Part shown: in pieces, positions 13,126 through 25,653 of the stretch | How positions within the stretch are numbered: the stretch's first letter is position 1 | Layout of the letters: every line of letters starts with the position of its first letter | NCBI RefSeq assembly: GCF_041956535.1 | Contig: NW_027192207.1 | Span: 250,810 to 314,809 of the forward strand | Length of the DNA: 64,000 bases | Source of the DNA: Calcarisporiella thermophila CBS 279.70 | Lineage: Eukaryota > Fungi > Calcarisporiellomycota | Direction: 5' to 3' | Program-made: the position numbers and the translations under genes | The notes under the pieces: model-generated | Told to the model about the DNA's origin: nothing | Seen by the model: the letters and a program-made list of their open reading frames with translations, nothing else | Databases searched by the model: none

Positions 13126-14983
13126 CTAAAAGTTGTCGCCCTTGGTACGAAGGGTGGCCCTTTGGTCCGAGAGAGAGGTCGAATGGGAACGCTCCAGCTG
13201 CTTGATCATTTTTTCGAAATCGCCCGCCGCTGTCCGGTATAATGGTAGTTTCTGCGGGGGCTCTGCATCCTGGTCCCTCATCCGCGGCAATCGTTCCACT
13301 TTGCCCATGACTTGGGCAACAAACATGTCCCGCTCTTTCCCCTTGGAAAGCTCATAGCGCTGCTGACCATATTTTTTCGCGTCCTCAGAGTCAAGCTTGA
13401 GCAGCTGGGTGGTGAGCCGGTGCATATCTGCGACGAGCAGCTGCTCGGGGAGCTCGTAGTCTTGATTCGTCATTCGTCCTCGGTCGATACGATCAAGCAC
13501 CGCATGCAACTTTGCCTCCTCCATCCGACGAGACAGCCTCGGGGATAAGGTGGCGCGCTGATCATCGAGACGACGCTCAACCGCTTTCTCTACCACCTCT
13601 AGCAGACGATTCAACGTCTCTAGCTTGGTGGGCGGCTGGATGGCTCGCTGCTCCTCCAATCGGCCGCGTGAGAGTCTCTCGACGATCTTGGACACGGCTG
13701 CAACAGAGAGCTCGCGAATTTGCCTCTCATTCAGCTCGACGCGCTGATCATTCATCGGGGGCGCAACACACTGCATCCGCTCAATGGCCGACATAACATT
13801 TTCGAGATCACGCTGGCATTTCTCGTCCGTGGCCGAGTAGGCTGGAGGCTGCTTTTCCCTTTCCGAGTTCGCTAGCATCACTTTGGGCGTCGCAAACTCC
13901 TCCAAGTGATAAGGTGGGGGCTGGTCACGCTCATGGCACAAACGAGAGACAACCTCCATCAGTTTTTGGATTTCGTTCCATATCGCTGCATGCTCATCGT
14001 CCATCGAAAGCTGAGAGTGCGGATGGGTGCGGAGGGCTGACACCTCCTGCCGGATCGCCGCAAACACATGCGCCTCAGGCGGATACTCGTCGGATTTTGA
14101 GGTAGCTTCTGGAACATCCTCCAAAAATTGATACAGATAGCCCAATAATGCGGCAAGGGTACATGCCAGGTCGTAATCGTCGCTCACATTTCGGCGAGCG
14201 CCAAGACTGTGATGTAAGTCGATGAAGCTCTGATGTAGAGGAGAAGAGGGTTCGCGGGGTATAAGTTCAATAGGGGTCGATATACGCCGGGCGCTACGCT
14301 CGATCGACGCCAGTAGACTCGTGCCTGAATGGGCCGAGGTAGAGAGAGGGGTAGGCGAATGAAGGTATTCTAGTGGACTACTGAGAGAACGTGTTCGAGT
14401 TGAATTGTATGATCCAGAGAGATGGGCTGGAGGAGGCCTAGCAATGCTGCTGGATTCGGTTTCCGATTCCAATGCAATTTGCTGAAGGAGACTATCCAGT
14501 GCCAAAAGACAGTAATGCCGGAGCGAGAAAACAGAATCGATAGCCTCCTATATATAGTTAGAAATGAATATTCAAACATCCTAATCCTATCATCTTGAAA
14601 ACTTCCGTACCCGTGACATATACTTAGTATATGTCAGATTGGATTCCACGGGCCTATCCGATTGTGCACTTTGAGTGGAAGAAACGGGAATGGATTGAGC
14701 TGTTTGGTTATAAGCTAAATGCTCCGCTTCCCATGCTCTGGAAATCCCCTCATCGAAAGTGTAGTCAACATCATCGAATGCCTCGTTCAGCAGATCATCA
14801 ATCACGGCATCGTTATAGGATGAACTTGCGTCACGTTCATTTTCAATTTGATGATCCGATTCTCGTATCTAAATCAGTGGAGCGGCGTTCAGGAACAGAA
14901 AGCCAAACGCAAATGAGCGAAAAGGAATAGATTACCTGACGTCTCCTAGAGATTCTCTTTCTTGGTTTTTCCAGTGTAGCCAT
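13126..14983 (-). CDS. fungal helical protein with repeated R-[LM]-x-[DE]-Q-R motifs (3 exons)
   Basis: ATG at 14983 (MATLEKPRKR). In-frame splices CAG|gtaatc...ttag and CGG|gtacgg...atatag lead into the 459-aa ORF. Confidence 0.75.
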
Positions 14984-15441
14984 AGGTATGGAAGAGAAAG
15001 GGGGAGAGAGAAAGAAGGAGAAAGGGAGAGAATTAAGAGGAAAAATAAAATAATGTAGATGCAAAAGCAGCACAGCGGGTGGAATGTAAAAAACGAAGCA
15101 ATAAGACAGGACTGCTGGCAAAGGAGAATTTTTAACGGTTTCACACTCAAATGTTTCTTATATGCAGAGATGAAAAAGTGGAAATAGAGTTTCTGCAATA
15201 ATATTTCAGATTAACTTGCTCCTTTTGTACCTGTTTCCTGTTCCATTTAAGGCAGGCCGAATTAGAATGGTCTCTAACTAATGTACGCATATTTTATTGA
15301 ATGGCTAAATGAGGGGCCTGGAAAACAATACACACACACTGAGAGAAGGGGTCGATGAAATAGTGGAATATAAGATATATATTAAAGTAATACATAGGTG
15401 ATGTCTGTACTTTTATATGACGTATTGCTTTTTCTTGATTT

Positions 15442-16344
15442 TTAGAGGATCATCACCGTCAATACTGGTAGAAGAGCAAGGAATGCTGCAGGCGCTATGG
15501 CTACCACCCCGGATGAGTTGGCCGGAATAGAAGGTTTAGTGATAGGAGACGAGGTTGCTGCACTGGGTGTTACTGAGGGCAGTAGCGTGCTTCTCAAAGT
15601 GTTCTGGATGGACGGCGAACTTACTCCTGAGGAGGACAAAATACCGCTAGAGGTAGCAAGAGAAGTGCTAGATAATGAGAAGGTGGAAACACTCGCTGAA
15701 GAACTTCCTGAAGGACCAGCGGAACTGGGCTGAACGGTAAAAACCGACGAAGAAACAGATGGCACCTGTCGTCGTTCCAAGTGAGCTGCTGTTGGTACAG
15801 TAGTTCCAGAAGGCGAAGCCGCCGGGTACACTTCACCACTGGAGGACGGCAGTGGATTCTTTGGGTCATTAATCGTGAACAGTGGGGAATAGGATACGTT
15901 GGGAGCTTTGCCGAGAGTAAGCGCGTATTTTGATGACGTCAAGTTGGTTGGGATGGTCCAGTTGTAGGAGCCAACACCACCATCGACGGTGGTGCTGATA
16001 ATGTAAACTAGCTGAAGCGCCTTTGGATCACCCTACGGAGAAAGTGAGTTTAGCACAACTGTAGTGCACCTTGGTGCTTATGAGAAAAAAATGAGCTACC
16101 GTCACAAGTCTTAACTCCTGGGGCCCGCTAGTTCCATTTGTCCAAGTTACAAGCTGAGTTGTGCCTATCTCCCAAACCGTACCTGAAATGGAGAAGGTGA
16201 AGCCTCGGTCAATATCCATGAATTACTAACCATTAGGTCATGTTGAAGTCATTACATACCAGTTATGGGCTGTGTGAAGTAAAAATCACAAAGAGCGTAG
16301 TTTGCGAGAGCGAGGAGGAGAGTAACAGAGAAAAACGTGCGCAT
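15442..16344 (-). CDS. Ser/Thr-rich GPI-anchored cell-surface protein (Kre9/Knh1 N-terminal-like), 3 exons
   Basis: Signal peptide MRTFFSVTLLLALANYALC; 'GTVW..G..VTW', 'GSYNWTIP' and 'YSPLFTI' motifs; Ser-rich stalk; hydrophobic GPI tail. Confidence 0.85.
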
Positions 16345-16747
16345 TTCTGCAGAGGAGGGTATGAGTCTAACAATTGGGAGGGGAAAAAGAAAAGAAGTTC
16401 TCAAAAAACCAAGGAAAACTATGCATCTTGTATTTATAGCTTCGATGATGACGAAAAAGTGGCAAAAAACGCCAGAACTTCTATTTCCACTGGCTTGTGT
16501 GACGAAGCCCCTATTCCATCGAAGATTAAGGTTTTCTGAGAAATCCTATTAAAAGAACACCCGGGAAATCAAAAAATAGGACCGACCAAAGCCCTTTCTG
16601 CAAAATTACTAATGCATTCGTGGCGGAAAGAATCTTTTTTTCCAATTGCAATATTTGATCGTTTAGTGTGAGATAGAGAACAAAAAAGGTAAAGCAGGGA
16701 GATAAACAAAAAGCAAAAAGTAAAAACAGTATAAGACAAGAAAAAAG

Positions 16748-17880
16748 TTAGGATTGATTTTCATTCTGGAAAGTTCTTCTTTGGTGGAGGGTTGACTCAG
16801 TCTCCTCACTTGCGTCAGTCGTCCTCTCGCCGGTTTGGCCATGGCCCCCGTTTTGTAATGATGTGTGCTGAGGCCCCTCGCTCCCGTTTTCTTGTTCATT
16901 TTCAGCTCCGTCCTCGTTGTCATCTTCATCGAGCTCTGCATCATCCGGTAATCTCGCTTCACCAAAGAGCCGTTTTCTACAAAACACATAGACGAAAGAT
17001 TAAGAACATGGGAACATCCAGCTGTGCGACTCGATAAGCACTACTTACACTAAAACAGGCGTCTCCAGCCACCGCTTGCCACCGCTTGCTGGATCACGCG
17101 GCCACACATCCTCTAGGAAATAGTAGATATGGCCAATAGCTATTCCCGCGAGCTCACCCTTTGGGAACTCGTGTTGGAACAAGACCGAGAAGGAGACCAA
17201 AACCCATGGAAGATAGGGTGCAGTGAAAATGAACAATCCCAAGAAGCTCATTCGGATGAAAGGGTTACGGCGGGCCCATATGTAGACGAGGGTGGAGGAG
17301 AGAGGGGCTGCAAGGTGGTCTAGGCGGGCGATTGGGGCAATGAGGAGAAGTAGGGAGGAGGCAAAGAATATTAGGTAGAGGAAGTCAGCGCGGCGATGGC
17401 GGAAGGATTCCTCTTCTAACATGCCACTATGCCGCACTCTAAAGTAATCGGGAAGCAGGAGGTTAAATTATTTAAGCCTAAGAGAGCAGGCTGAAGCATT
17501 ATGCTTACAGGAAGAACATATGAAATACAAAGTCGATCGAGAATTTGCCAAAAAATAAAAATGTGGTTATTAGCCGCCATACCTAGAATTCAACGATGGT
17601 GTCAGTCTGCGAACTTTCGACACTTTAAAAGATATAATGAAATGAAGAATATTTACCTCATACTGTTCAAATACCAAATGATATCTATAGTAGAGTTGAT
17701 ACTTATTAATGATCTGTAAGTGCTATAAGGGGGGTGGAGATGAGATTATTTCTTCTGTAAGACTTTTGATCCCAACCATCGCAAACTTACTTCCAGAAGA
17801 CTTATGACCACAGCTCCTGTCACCCATGCACGCGTAATAGGTGGAATATCGTAGTAGAATCTCTCTATTGGTAAGGGCAT
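16748..17880 (-). CDS. DER1: Derlin (Der1/Derlin-2-like ERAD rhomboid pseudoprotease), 5 exons
   Basis: Motifs IPPITRAW, EVWRLIT, LEEESF, APYLPWV and GHIYYFLEDVWP; acidic tail. Confidence 0.9.
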
Positions 17881-18195
17881 TTTATAATGTAAATGGGAAT
17901 GGCATGGATTTAGGGCGGGGTAGATTGACAAGTGAATTGGCACAGTTGAGGGTAAGCAATTTATGAAATCTGGCATCTTGTGATTCGATAAAAAAAGAAA
18001 ATCATTTGATACATAATTTGTAGAATGTATGTCAAAAATCAGGCATGTCAAACAAAAAAAAAAATAGTTCAGTGTCCAAAAGGTATCTACGGTTAAATAA
18101 AAGTAGTCATGCTTTATATATGGATGTTGTCGAGGGCTCTCTATCTTCGACTAGTGTGTTTGCTCCTGCTGATGCAAAATAATGAGTTAACTAAG

Positions 18196-19036
18196 CTAAA
18201 CTATATATGTACTTTGTAGCTTACGTTCATCATAAGGGCAATAAACGCGAATTCTATTCTCCTTCTTACACTCCACAGCTAATGCCTTTTTTGCATCTTC
18301 AAGTAGGGACTCAACCATCAGGCATACTCGCCGAAAACCCTTATTGTCGTCTTCGTACTGCTCTTCTTCATCGGAAGACTTCACAAAAAAACAAAAAAAA
18401 CACTTGAGATATGGCAGAAGTCCCAGAGCAGATTTGTTAGGCTACCTCTTTGATACATACGTCTAGACTATATCTATCAATTAAGTTATGCTGGATACAA
18501 TTTCTTAATTTCGTGATTTCTGCTGCTTGCTTGCGCACTTTGGCCTCCAAGTTCTCGTTCAAAGTTAAAAGTGATTGAATGGATATCTCCAGGTCTAATA
18601 TCTAGATGGAAATGTTCATTACATCAGGAGTGCACCAATGCTACCCACTTTGACTAAGCCATCAGATAACTACCTTTCTGTTCGATCTTGCATCCTCTAA
18701 TCTTATTCCATTCGATTGTCCTCTATCCTTAAGTGGAACTCTGCCCATGCTGGAAGCATGAGTGGATTTACTTATTCCGGCACCTGATGCTGTTACGCAC
18801 CGTTTTCGATGGCCAACATTTCCTACGATCCCTTCGAGTTCAACTGTACAGCCTTGTCTTCTTTCATTACCACCTGAACTAGGCGGCGGAAACATCGTCA
18901 CGAGAGTCGAAGCAACTTCGTATGATGTCGGTTCAACGACTTTGGATCTGAGAAAGGGTTTTTTCACTAATTTGCAGGCATAGGAGTCATGGCGGGTTTG
19001 GAATTTCGAGTTGAGCAAGTTTGTGGCAGGATACAT
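18196..19036 (-). CDS. conserved uncharacterised fungal coiled-coil protein (3 exons)
   Basis: Spliced 'DARSNRK|ILDLEISIQSLLTLNENLEAKVRKQ' coiled-coil motif. Start codon uncertain. Confidence 0.6.
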
Positions 19037-19240
19037 TATCGCCAAATACCAGCTAATTTCTATGAAGAACTTGGAAAAACGGAGCCTTCTCCTTTTATTC
19101 CATGTAGAGAATTCTTTCAATGCAGATCCTGGTAGCGATCGAATCTCCGCTTTTGAGCAAAAATACGCATTGATACTCGAATCAAATCCATCAATTATAC
19201 GGATGTTTATTTACAAAACGGAAAAAATCACTGAAATAGA

Positions 19241-20098
19241 CTAAATCTTTGCAATCTTAATCTGAAACGTGCCTACATGGATGGGTTGTATGGATGAGCA
19301 AAATACACGCATAGCAACCAAGAGAATATTCACTTACATTGTGGTAAATTGGAAGTCTCTGCGTGCACCGCACACACCACGCCAAAGCTACCCAGCACGC
19401 CCCGGATCAGGCCACACGGGAACCAGATATACTGCGAAGGCACATATCCGAAATTAGAGGTTGGAAATACGTGGAGAAGAGAATCGTGTATAGTTACCGG
19501 AGCAGCCTTTCTTGCTGCATCGGATGTGCCAGCTTCAGTCGACATACGATTAAACCAACGGAAGTTGTTATCCTGCAGAACATAGACACCCTATACTCGT
19601 GCAAAGAAAGTCATAAATATTTGTGTTAGCGTCTCCACGACATGGCAAAGTCTAAATGGGATCAGGCTCACTCGATGGTTTGTCTTGAGATTATCCACCT
19701 GCTTCTTGAACATTATCATCCATAAATCTTTACAAATAAATTTCACCATATCTAAGGTGTCCAGAAAACGCGGTCGATCCTTTGTAAATCTATTAATGAA
19801 TGAAGAAAGAGATTAAGAAATTCAGTGGTAGTCTTCTATGACTCTAGCCGATCAGGAAAGACCTTTCTGCAAGCCCCAGTCCAACTCGATAGCCTAGCAT
19901 TTCCAATTTGAAGAAAGCTGCATCTCGCTCTTTCTCTGACGCGTCCGCATTCGCGGCTAGTAGATGGACCATTTCCATCTGCAAGAAATCAAAGCAACTC
20001 TCATTAATAAGATGTGGAGAGGCCGCCCCGGAGTCATCCGATGTTAGAGAAGCAAAGAGTGGACCAATCGCTGATTGTGCTTGCGATAACACAGACAT
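19241..20098 (-). CDS. TRS33: TRAPP complex subunit Trs33/TRAPPC6 (4 exons)
   Basis: [39 protein letters not shown]; last exon ends [10 protein letters not shown]. Confidence 0.93.
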
Positions 20099-20560
20099 CT
20101 TTAGTATAGAATTCAGTTGGCTAAGCTAGTAGGGGAGTAATTGAAGTGAACAGTCAAGTCAAAGAACTTCTAAGCCACACCGCATACCTTGTCTTTAATC
20201 GTGAAACTAGGAGGTTGGGCTTCCTTCTCAATCATCCATCTCTTAATCCAGTATAAGAGGAAAGGTAATTATTCAATCTGCAAGTCCATCCATCCTACTC
20301 TACCATTGCCCTGGTTGTAGTTCACTTCATTGCCATTTCGGATGCTTTTATGATATATGGATTGAGATGACAATAACTATCCCTCAATGGATGAGAGATT
20401 AGAGCTAGATCATCCATTTCTCTGGTAGCAATGGCTATGGTTGTGGAAAGGGGGATTGGATCGCTCGGGGGTTTTTTTTATCAATTTACTCAGTGAACGC
20501 AGTATTAAATAGCTCCGTTATTAACCTGTTTTAATTTTAAATTCAAAAAGATTTACTTCA

Positions 20561-20831
20561 ATGGCCAAGTCTAAGAATCACACTAACCACAACCAGAGTA
20601 TGTACCAATATTCCTGCCTACATTTTTTTTAAAGATTTCTTTATTTGAAAATGATGCTGATCGCATTTTTGTCTCGTGTTAGACCGTAAGGCCCATCGCA
20701 ACGGTATCAAGAAGCCCCGCACCAACCGCCACCCCAGCTTAAAGGGTGTTGATCCCAAATTCCTTCGCAACCAACGTTTCGCTAAGAAGGGTTCGCTTGA
20801 GGCTGTGCGGGCCGCGCGTGCCAGTGCTTAA
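20561..20831 (+). CDS. RPL29: 60S ribosomal protein L29 (eL29), intron 20598-20682; missed by the ORF track
   Basis: Spliced translation [49 protein letters not shown]...*. Confidence 0.97.
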
Positions 20832-21611
20832 GCCATTTTTAATATTTCGTGTACTTTGTAATAAAGGAGAAATGTCATTCATACATTACACTGGTTGCAA
20901 GCGTGGGCGAAATTATTTGTTCGGTGTCTCTAAATATTTTTGGACATCTTTTTGGTTTTTTACACTAAATAGAGAATATCAGGAGATAATTGTTTTTAAG
21001 CAATACAATCAACTCTAGTTTGTGGGCAACGCATGTTCCAAGGCGCGTTTTTCAGTTTACTACCGTACTATATTTGCCAACTCAGTCTCATGATTTAAAT
21101 CCTATAGAGTTAATGAATTAGACTGAAGCATCGATGAACGTGAGCAGCAACCGACTAATGACCAGTCACTTTGGGATATATTGCAGGAAGAGCGGGAGAA
21201 GATAGAACCAGAGCTATGTGTTAAAACTATAGAGACTATGCCACTGCATATAGAGGCAGTAATAAAAGCAAGGGCAACTATACAAAATATTGTAATATTC
21301 TTATTAATAGAAAAACAATATGGCTTCAATGGGGTGTCGGAGTTTGAAAATTGACATGGTAATATTTTCAAGAAAATGGGTTATTTACAAGGTCATATAA
21401 TGGGATGATCGAGCAAAGGTGTTTATAGTTGCTGTACTTAACGCAACCAGTTGTATCTCCTTATGGAGACATAAGATGAAAATCGAGGAAATAAAAAACA
21501 TGGGACAAAGTTTATGCGAGTGTGTATAATACATAATTTTTATTCTGAAACTTGGAAATTATATCCGAAACCAGCCTCGAAATGCTCGAATATTTATAAT
21601 CGAGTTAGTAA

Positions 21612-21667
21612 TAAAATATAATTCAATCACTACCCATTTTATTGGGTAGTGATTGAATTATATTTTA
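21612..21667. repeat. perfect 25-bp inverted repeat with a 6-nt spacer
   Basis: taaaatataattcaatcactaccca (21612-21636) and tgggtagtgattgaattatatttta (21643-21667) are exact reverse complements. Confidence 0.95.
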
Positions 21668-21683
21668 ACATCTGCTCTTCATC

Positions 21684-23267
21684 ATGCTCATATTATATGT
21701 ATATCTAATCATATTCCCATGCGTGTTATGCAATTCACTGTTGACGCTTGACTATGGTTCATATAATGGCACATTAGAAAATGGACTAGTGGTATGGCGT
21801 GGTGTGCGATTTGCTAAATCGCCGGTGGGTGAGCTACGGTTCCGTGCACCTCAGCCGCCAGAGTCTTTTACTTCTGTACAGCAGGCTGACAAGTTCGGAA
21901 GTAGCTGCATTCAATTCAATAATAATAGTGAGGATAATTCGTCCGAAGACTGCTTATTTTTGAACATCTGGAAGCCTTCAAACGCTCAGAATCTGCCGAT
22001 TCTGTTTTGGATATATGGGGGTAACTTTATATTGGGGTCATCATCGCTCGACAACTATGATGGATCTCATCTTGTCCGGCGATCAAACAACAGCATCATC
22101 TTTGTATCTGCCAACTATCGTCTGGGCCCCCTCGGCTTTCTTTCTTCCGAGGAAATACGCAGAGACGGAGATTTGAATGCAGGTCTTCTCGATCAAAAGA
22201 TGGCTTTAGAATGGCTTCGCAAGTATGCTCGTGCGTTTGGAGGTGACCCAGCGAAGATCACTGTCATAGGTGAGAGCGCAGGTGCCATCTCGATTGGATT
22301 CCACCTTCTATCAAGCGCTTTCACAGATCAGCCAGACGTGAGAGGAGAGCCGCAGGTAGAGCATCGGCAGGAGAATATTCTACAAACAGTGTCCCAGACT
22401 CCATTCGATAAAGCCATATTGATAAGCGGGTCTACGACAGCTTTATCTCACTGTCAACCATATCAGATCTATCAGGCTGTTTATGATAAAATTGTCGACA
22501 AGGTCGGGTGTTCAAAAGCTAATGGATCTCTGAGGTGTCTGAGAGAGAGCAACATTACTAACTTGCATGCTGTGGGAAAGGCTATGGTGCAAGCTTCGCC
22601 GCTTTTTCTTAGTTTTTCCCCCGTCGTTGATGGGAAATACGTTGTCAAAGATTGTTCGACTCTCTCGAAGAATCGCCATTTCGACCGGATTCCGCTCATC
22701 CTAGGGACAAGCACGAACGAGGGGACTCTTTACACTGCTAAATTGCCATCTAATACCACAGAAGAGTTCTTTGTGGGCATAAAGCGCATAATGCCATGTG
22801 TATCCAACACTTCTCTGCAAGAAATTGCTCGTTTGTATCCTGAAAGCATGGCCTATCCGGCTCATGAAACAAGAATGACTCTAGCATTCGGGGATCAAGC
22901 ATTCATGTGTCCAGCATTGGAAATGGCAAAGGCTTATTCTCCCAACCTATACAAATACCGGTTTGATCAGGCCAACGGTACTCTAGGCGCATATCACTCC
23001 GCTATCATCCCATATGTTTTTCACAACACACGCTATATGGCAGCTTCAGAGATGCAACTGGCGGACATTATTTCTGACTATTTCATCTCATTTGTCCGAT
23101 CAGAGGATCCTAATACCTACACTTCACACATCAAATGGCCCAAATATGCGACTGGGAATCAGATCGTATTTGTGGCCTCCAACACGAGACTTGAAAAGGA
23201 TCCCAGCGATAATGAGAGATGCGCTTTCTGGAACTCTTTCAATTACACTTGCTCCGCTTTTAAGTGA
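21684..23267 (+). CDS. secreted type-B carboxylesterase/lipase, copy 1 (intronless)
   Basis: Signal peptide; EDCLFLNIW; WIYGGNF; nucleophile GESAG; acid TNEG; His in GAYH. Confidence 0.93.
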   Translation: MLILYVYLIIFPCVLCNSLLTLDYGSYNGTLENGLVVWRGVRFAKSPVGELRFRAPQPPESFTSVQQADKFGSSCIQFNNNSEDNSSEDCLFLNIWKPSNAQNLPILFWIYGGNFILGSSSLDNYDGSHLVRRSNNSIIFVSANYRLGPLGFLSSEEIRRDGDLNAGLLDQKMALEWLRKYARAFGGDPAKITVIGESAGAISIGFHLLSSAFTDQPDVRGEPQVEHRQENILQTVSQTPFDKAILISGSTTALSHCQPYQIYQAVYDKIVDKVGCSKANGSLRCLRESNITNLHAVGKAMVQASPLFLSFSPVVDGKYVVKDCSTLSKNRHFDRIPLILGTSTNEGTLYTAKLPSNTTEEFFVGIKRIMPCVSNTSLQEIARLYPESMAYPAHETRMTLAFGDQAFMCPALEMAKAYSPNLYKYRFDQANGTLGAYHSAIIPYVFHNTRYMAASEMQLADIISDYFISFVRSEDPNTYTSHIKWPKYATGNQIVFVASNTRLEKDPSDNERCAFWNSFNYTCSAFK

Positions 23268-24063
23268 TCATTTTACATATTCGCTCGAGAGATCACAATG
23301 ATGTGAAAGCTTGAGATTTCGTGTTAGCACAATGCAATGTACTGTATTGAACTCTTAGGTTTCTACTTGCATATAATGTGTGATATGTTTAGAATATTAA
23401 TGCATAACCTAATCTTGTATTAATGGGTTTAAGCTATTCATGACATGTCAATGTTTAGTTATCTGGCTTCATACTATTTTATATAGAGCTTTTAGAAAAT
23501 AGTATTCAATGATATAAACAGAAAAAAAAAAGAACACTAGCGTTAACGAGAGGTGCGCTTTCTGGACCTCTTACAATTTTTTTGCTTTAAATACAACTGA
23601 ATACCCTACAAACTACACGCTTTAGCGGGTCGCAAATTTGTATATTGCGCCCATAACCTCCTATTTAGTGTATAATATTGTATTAAGACTAGTAATCGCC
23701 TAGTAGTATCGGTTCTGGGATATTCGCAACCTGTTAATATCAAGTGATCCTATCCTATATTCCTGTTACATAACATCTCGGAGAGTTTAAAAGTATTATT
23801 CGAACGATAAGATAAATATAAGGGTAAATGGATAGGAGTTGCAGTCTAGAAGTGAGTGCCAGTGCGGGATGCTAAGGACTAGAAGTTGTTAGCAGGTCGA
23901 TTTCGAATTTGCGATACAAATTTTGAGACGAAACATTCCTAGCAATAAAGTACTACTTTGGAATTTGAAAAAACTCATCTTGATCGAAAACCAAAGTAGG
24001 GTATTTATACCTCCTAATAAATAAATCCTTGGTCATTTCAATTTAATAGTTGAAGCTCCAGAG

Positions 24064-25653
24064 ATGCGAATTTTCATCATATTCATGATACATATTTTTC
24101 TGACAATGATCACCTGGGCGTTGGGTGATACGTTGTTGACGCTTGACTATGGAGTTTTCAATGGTACAGTTGAGAATGGACTATCGGTGTGGCGCGGTGT
24201 GCCGTTTGCTAGACCGCCAGTGGGAAAACTGCGGTTCAGGGCACCACAGCCTCCGCAGATGTCAACTTCAGTACAGCAGGCTAAGGAGTTCAAAGATAGC
24301 TGTTTACAGTTCGGGGATGAAGGGACAAACAGCGCTGGAATCACTTCCTCCGAGGATTGTCTATATCTGAATATCTGGAAGCCTACAGACGCCAAAAATC
24401 TTCCGATTCTCTTCTGGATACATGGCGGTTGGTTTATTATAGGTTCATCGTCACTCGCCTCTTACGATGGGTCGCACTTGGTCCGATACTCGAACAACAA
24501 TATCATTTTCGTGTCTGCTAATTATCGCTTGGGTCCACTTGGATTTCTTGCTTCTGAGGAAGTACGCAGAGGGGGCGATTTGAATGCTGGTCTTCTCGAT
24601 CAGAGAATGGCAATGGATTGGATCCGCAAATATGCGCGTGCATTTGGGGGTGACCCGACCCAGCTCACGGTCATGGGTGAGAGTGCTGGTGCATTTTCAA
24701 TTGGGTTTCACCTTCTTTCTGTCGCCTCCAAGGATAGGTACAGCGTAAGCGAACTTATGCGACTGGAGCCACTACAGGAGAAAGCTTTCCAACGTCCATT
24801 TGATAGAGCCATCTTGGCTAGTGGAGCTTCCACGAGTGCCTATAATTGCCCATCATACAAAAGTTTGCAACAAATCTACGACGAATTCGTTAAGAGAGTT
24901 GGCTGTTCAACAGCTAAAGATACACTAGAGTGTCTAAGGAAGTGCAATATGACTCTCTTGCATGATGCAGGCAAGGCGATGGCAAACTCGTCGACATTGT
25001 TTAATTTTATTCCTACCGTGGATGGAAAATATGTCAAGAAGGATTGTTCGTATATCTTGGAGAACTGCAAATTCCTCGCCATTCCGCTCATCGTGGGGAC
25101 AACCACTAATGAAGGAACCATATTTACGAGGAATTTGCCATCTAATACATGGAAGGAGTTCTCTGTAGGTTTGGAGCAAATAATCCCATGTGCGTCCAAT
25201 TCTTCCAAGCAGGAGATTGCCAGCTTGTATCCAAAAGTGGCAGAGTACCCAAAATACGAAGCACAATTGTCACAAGTATATGGAGATATGATTTTCATAT
25301 GTCCCACTCTAAAGTTGGTCCAGGCTTATTCTCCCAATCTGTACAAATACCGCTTTAATCAAGCTAGGGATCCGCTTGGAGCATTTCATACTGCCGATAT
25401 TCCGTACGCATTCCACAACACGCGCAGTATGACAACTTCACAAGTAAAGCTGGCGGATCTCATTTCGGATTATTATATATCGTTCGTTCGATCAGGAGAC
25501 CCTAACGCTCACACTTTCAACTTTAAATGGCCTAAATACGGTGATGGGCAGCAGATAGTATTTGAAGCCTTAAACACGAGACTAGAAATGGATACCAGCG
25601 ATAACGAGAGGTGCACTTTCTGGAACTCTTTCAACTTTTTTTGCTTTAAATGA
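24064..25653 (+). CDS. secreted type-B carboxylesterase/lipase, copy 2 (intronless)
   Basis: EDCLYLNIW, WIHGGWF, GESAG, TNEG, GAFH. Confidence 0.93.
   Translation: MRIFIIFMIHIFLTMITWALGDTLLTLDYGVFNGTVENGLSVWRGVPFARPPVGKLRFRAPQPPQMSTSVQQAKEFKDSCLQFGDEGTNSAGITSSEDCLYLNIWKPTDAKNLPILFWIHGGWFIIGSSSLASYDGSHLVRYSNNNIIFVSANYRLGPLGFLASEEVRRGGDLNAGLLDQRMAMDWIRKYARAFGGDPTQLTVMGESAGAFSIGFHLLSVASKDRYSVSELMRLEPLQEKAFQRPFDRAILASGASTSAYNCPSYKSLQQIYDEFVKRVGCSTAKDTLECLRKCNMTLLHDAGKAMANSSTLFNFIPTVDGKYVKKDCSYILENCKFLAIPLIVGTTTNEGTIFTRNLPSNTWKEFSVGLEQIIPCASNSSKQEIASLYPKVAEYPKYEAQLSQVYGDMIFICPTLKLVQAYSPNLYKYRFNQARDPLGAFHTADIPYAFHNTRSMTTSQVKLADLISDYYISFVRSGDPNAHTFNFKWPKYGDGQQIVFEALNTRLEMDTSDNERCTFWNSFNFFCFK

Noticed and set aside
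16748-17880. Minor (U12-type) introns in Derlin or other genes
   Set aside because: The donors inspected are GTRAG/GTA-type U2 sites; no RTATCCTT donor was found at a sense-strand exon boundary.
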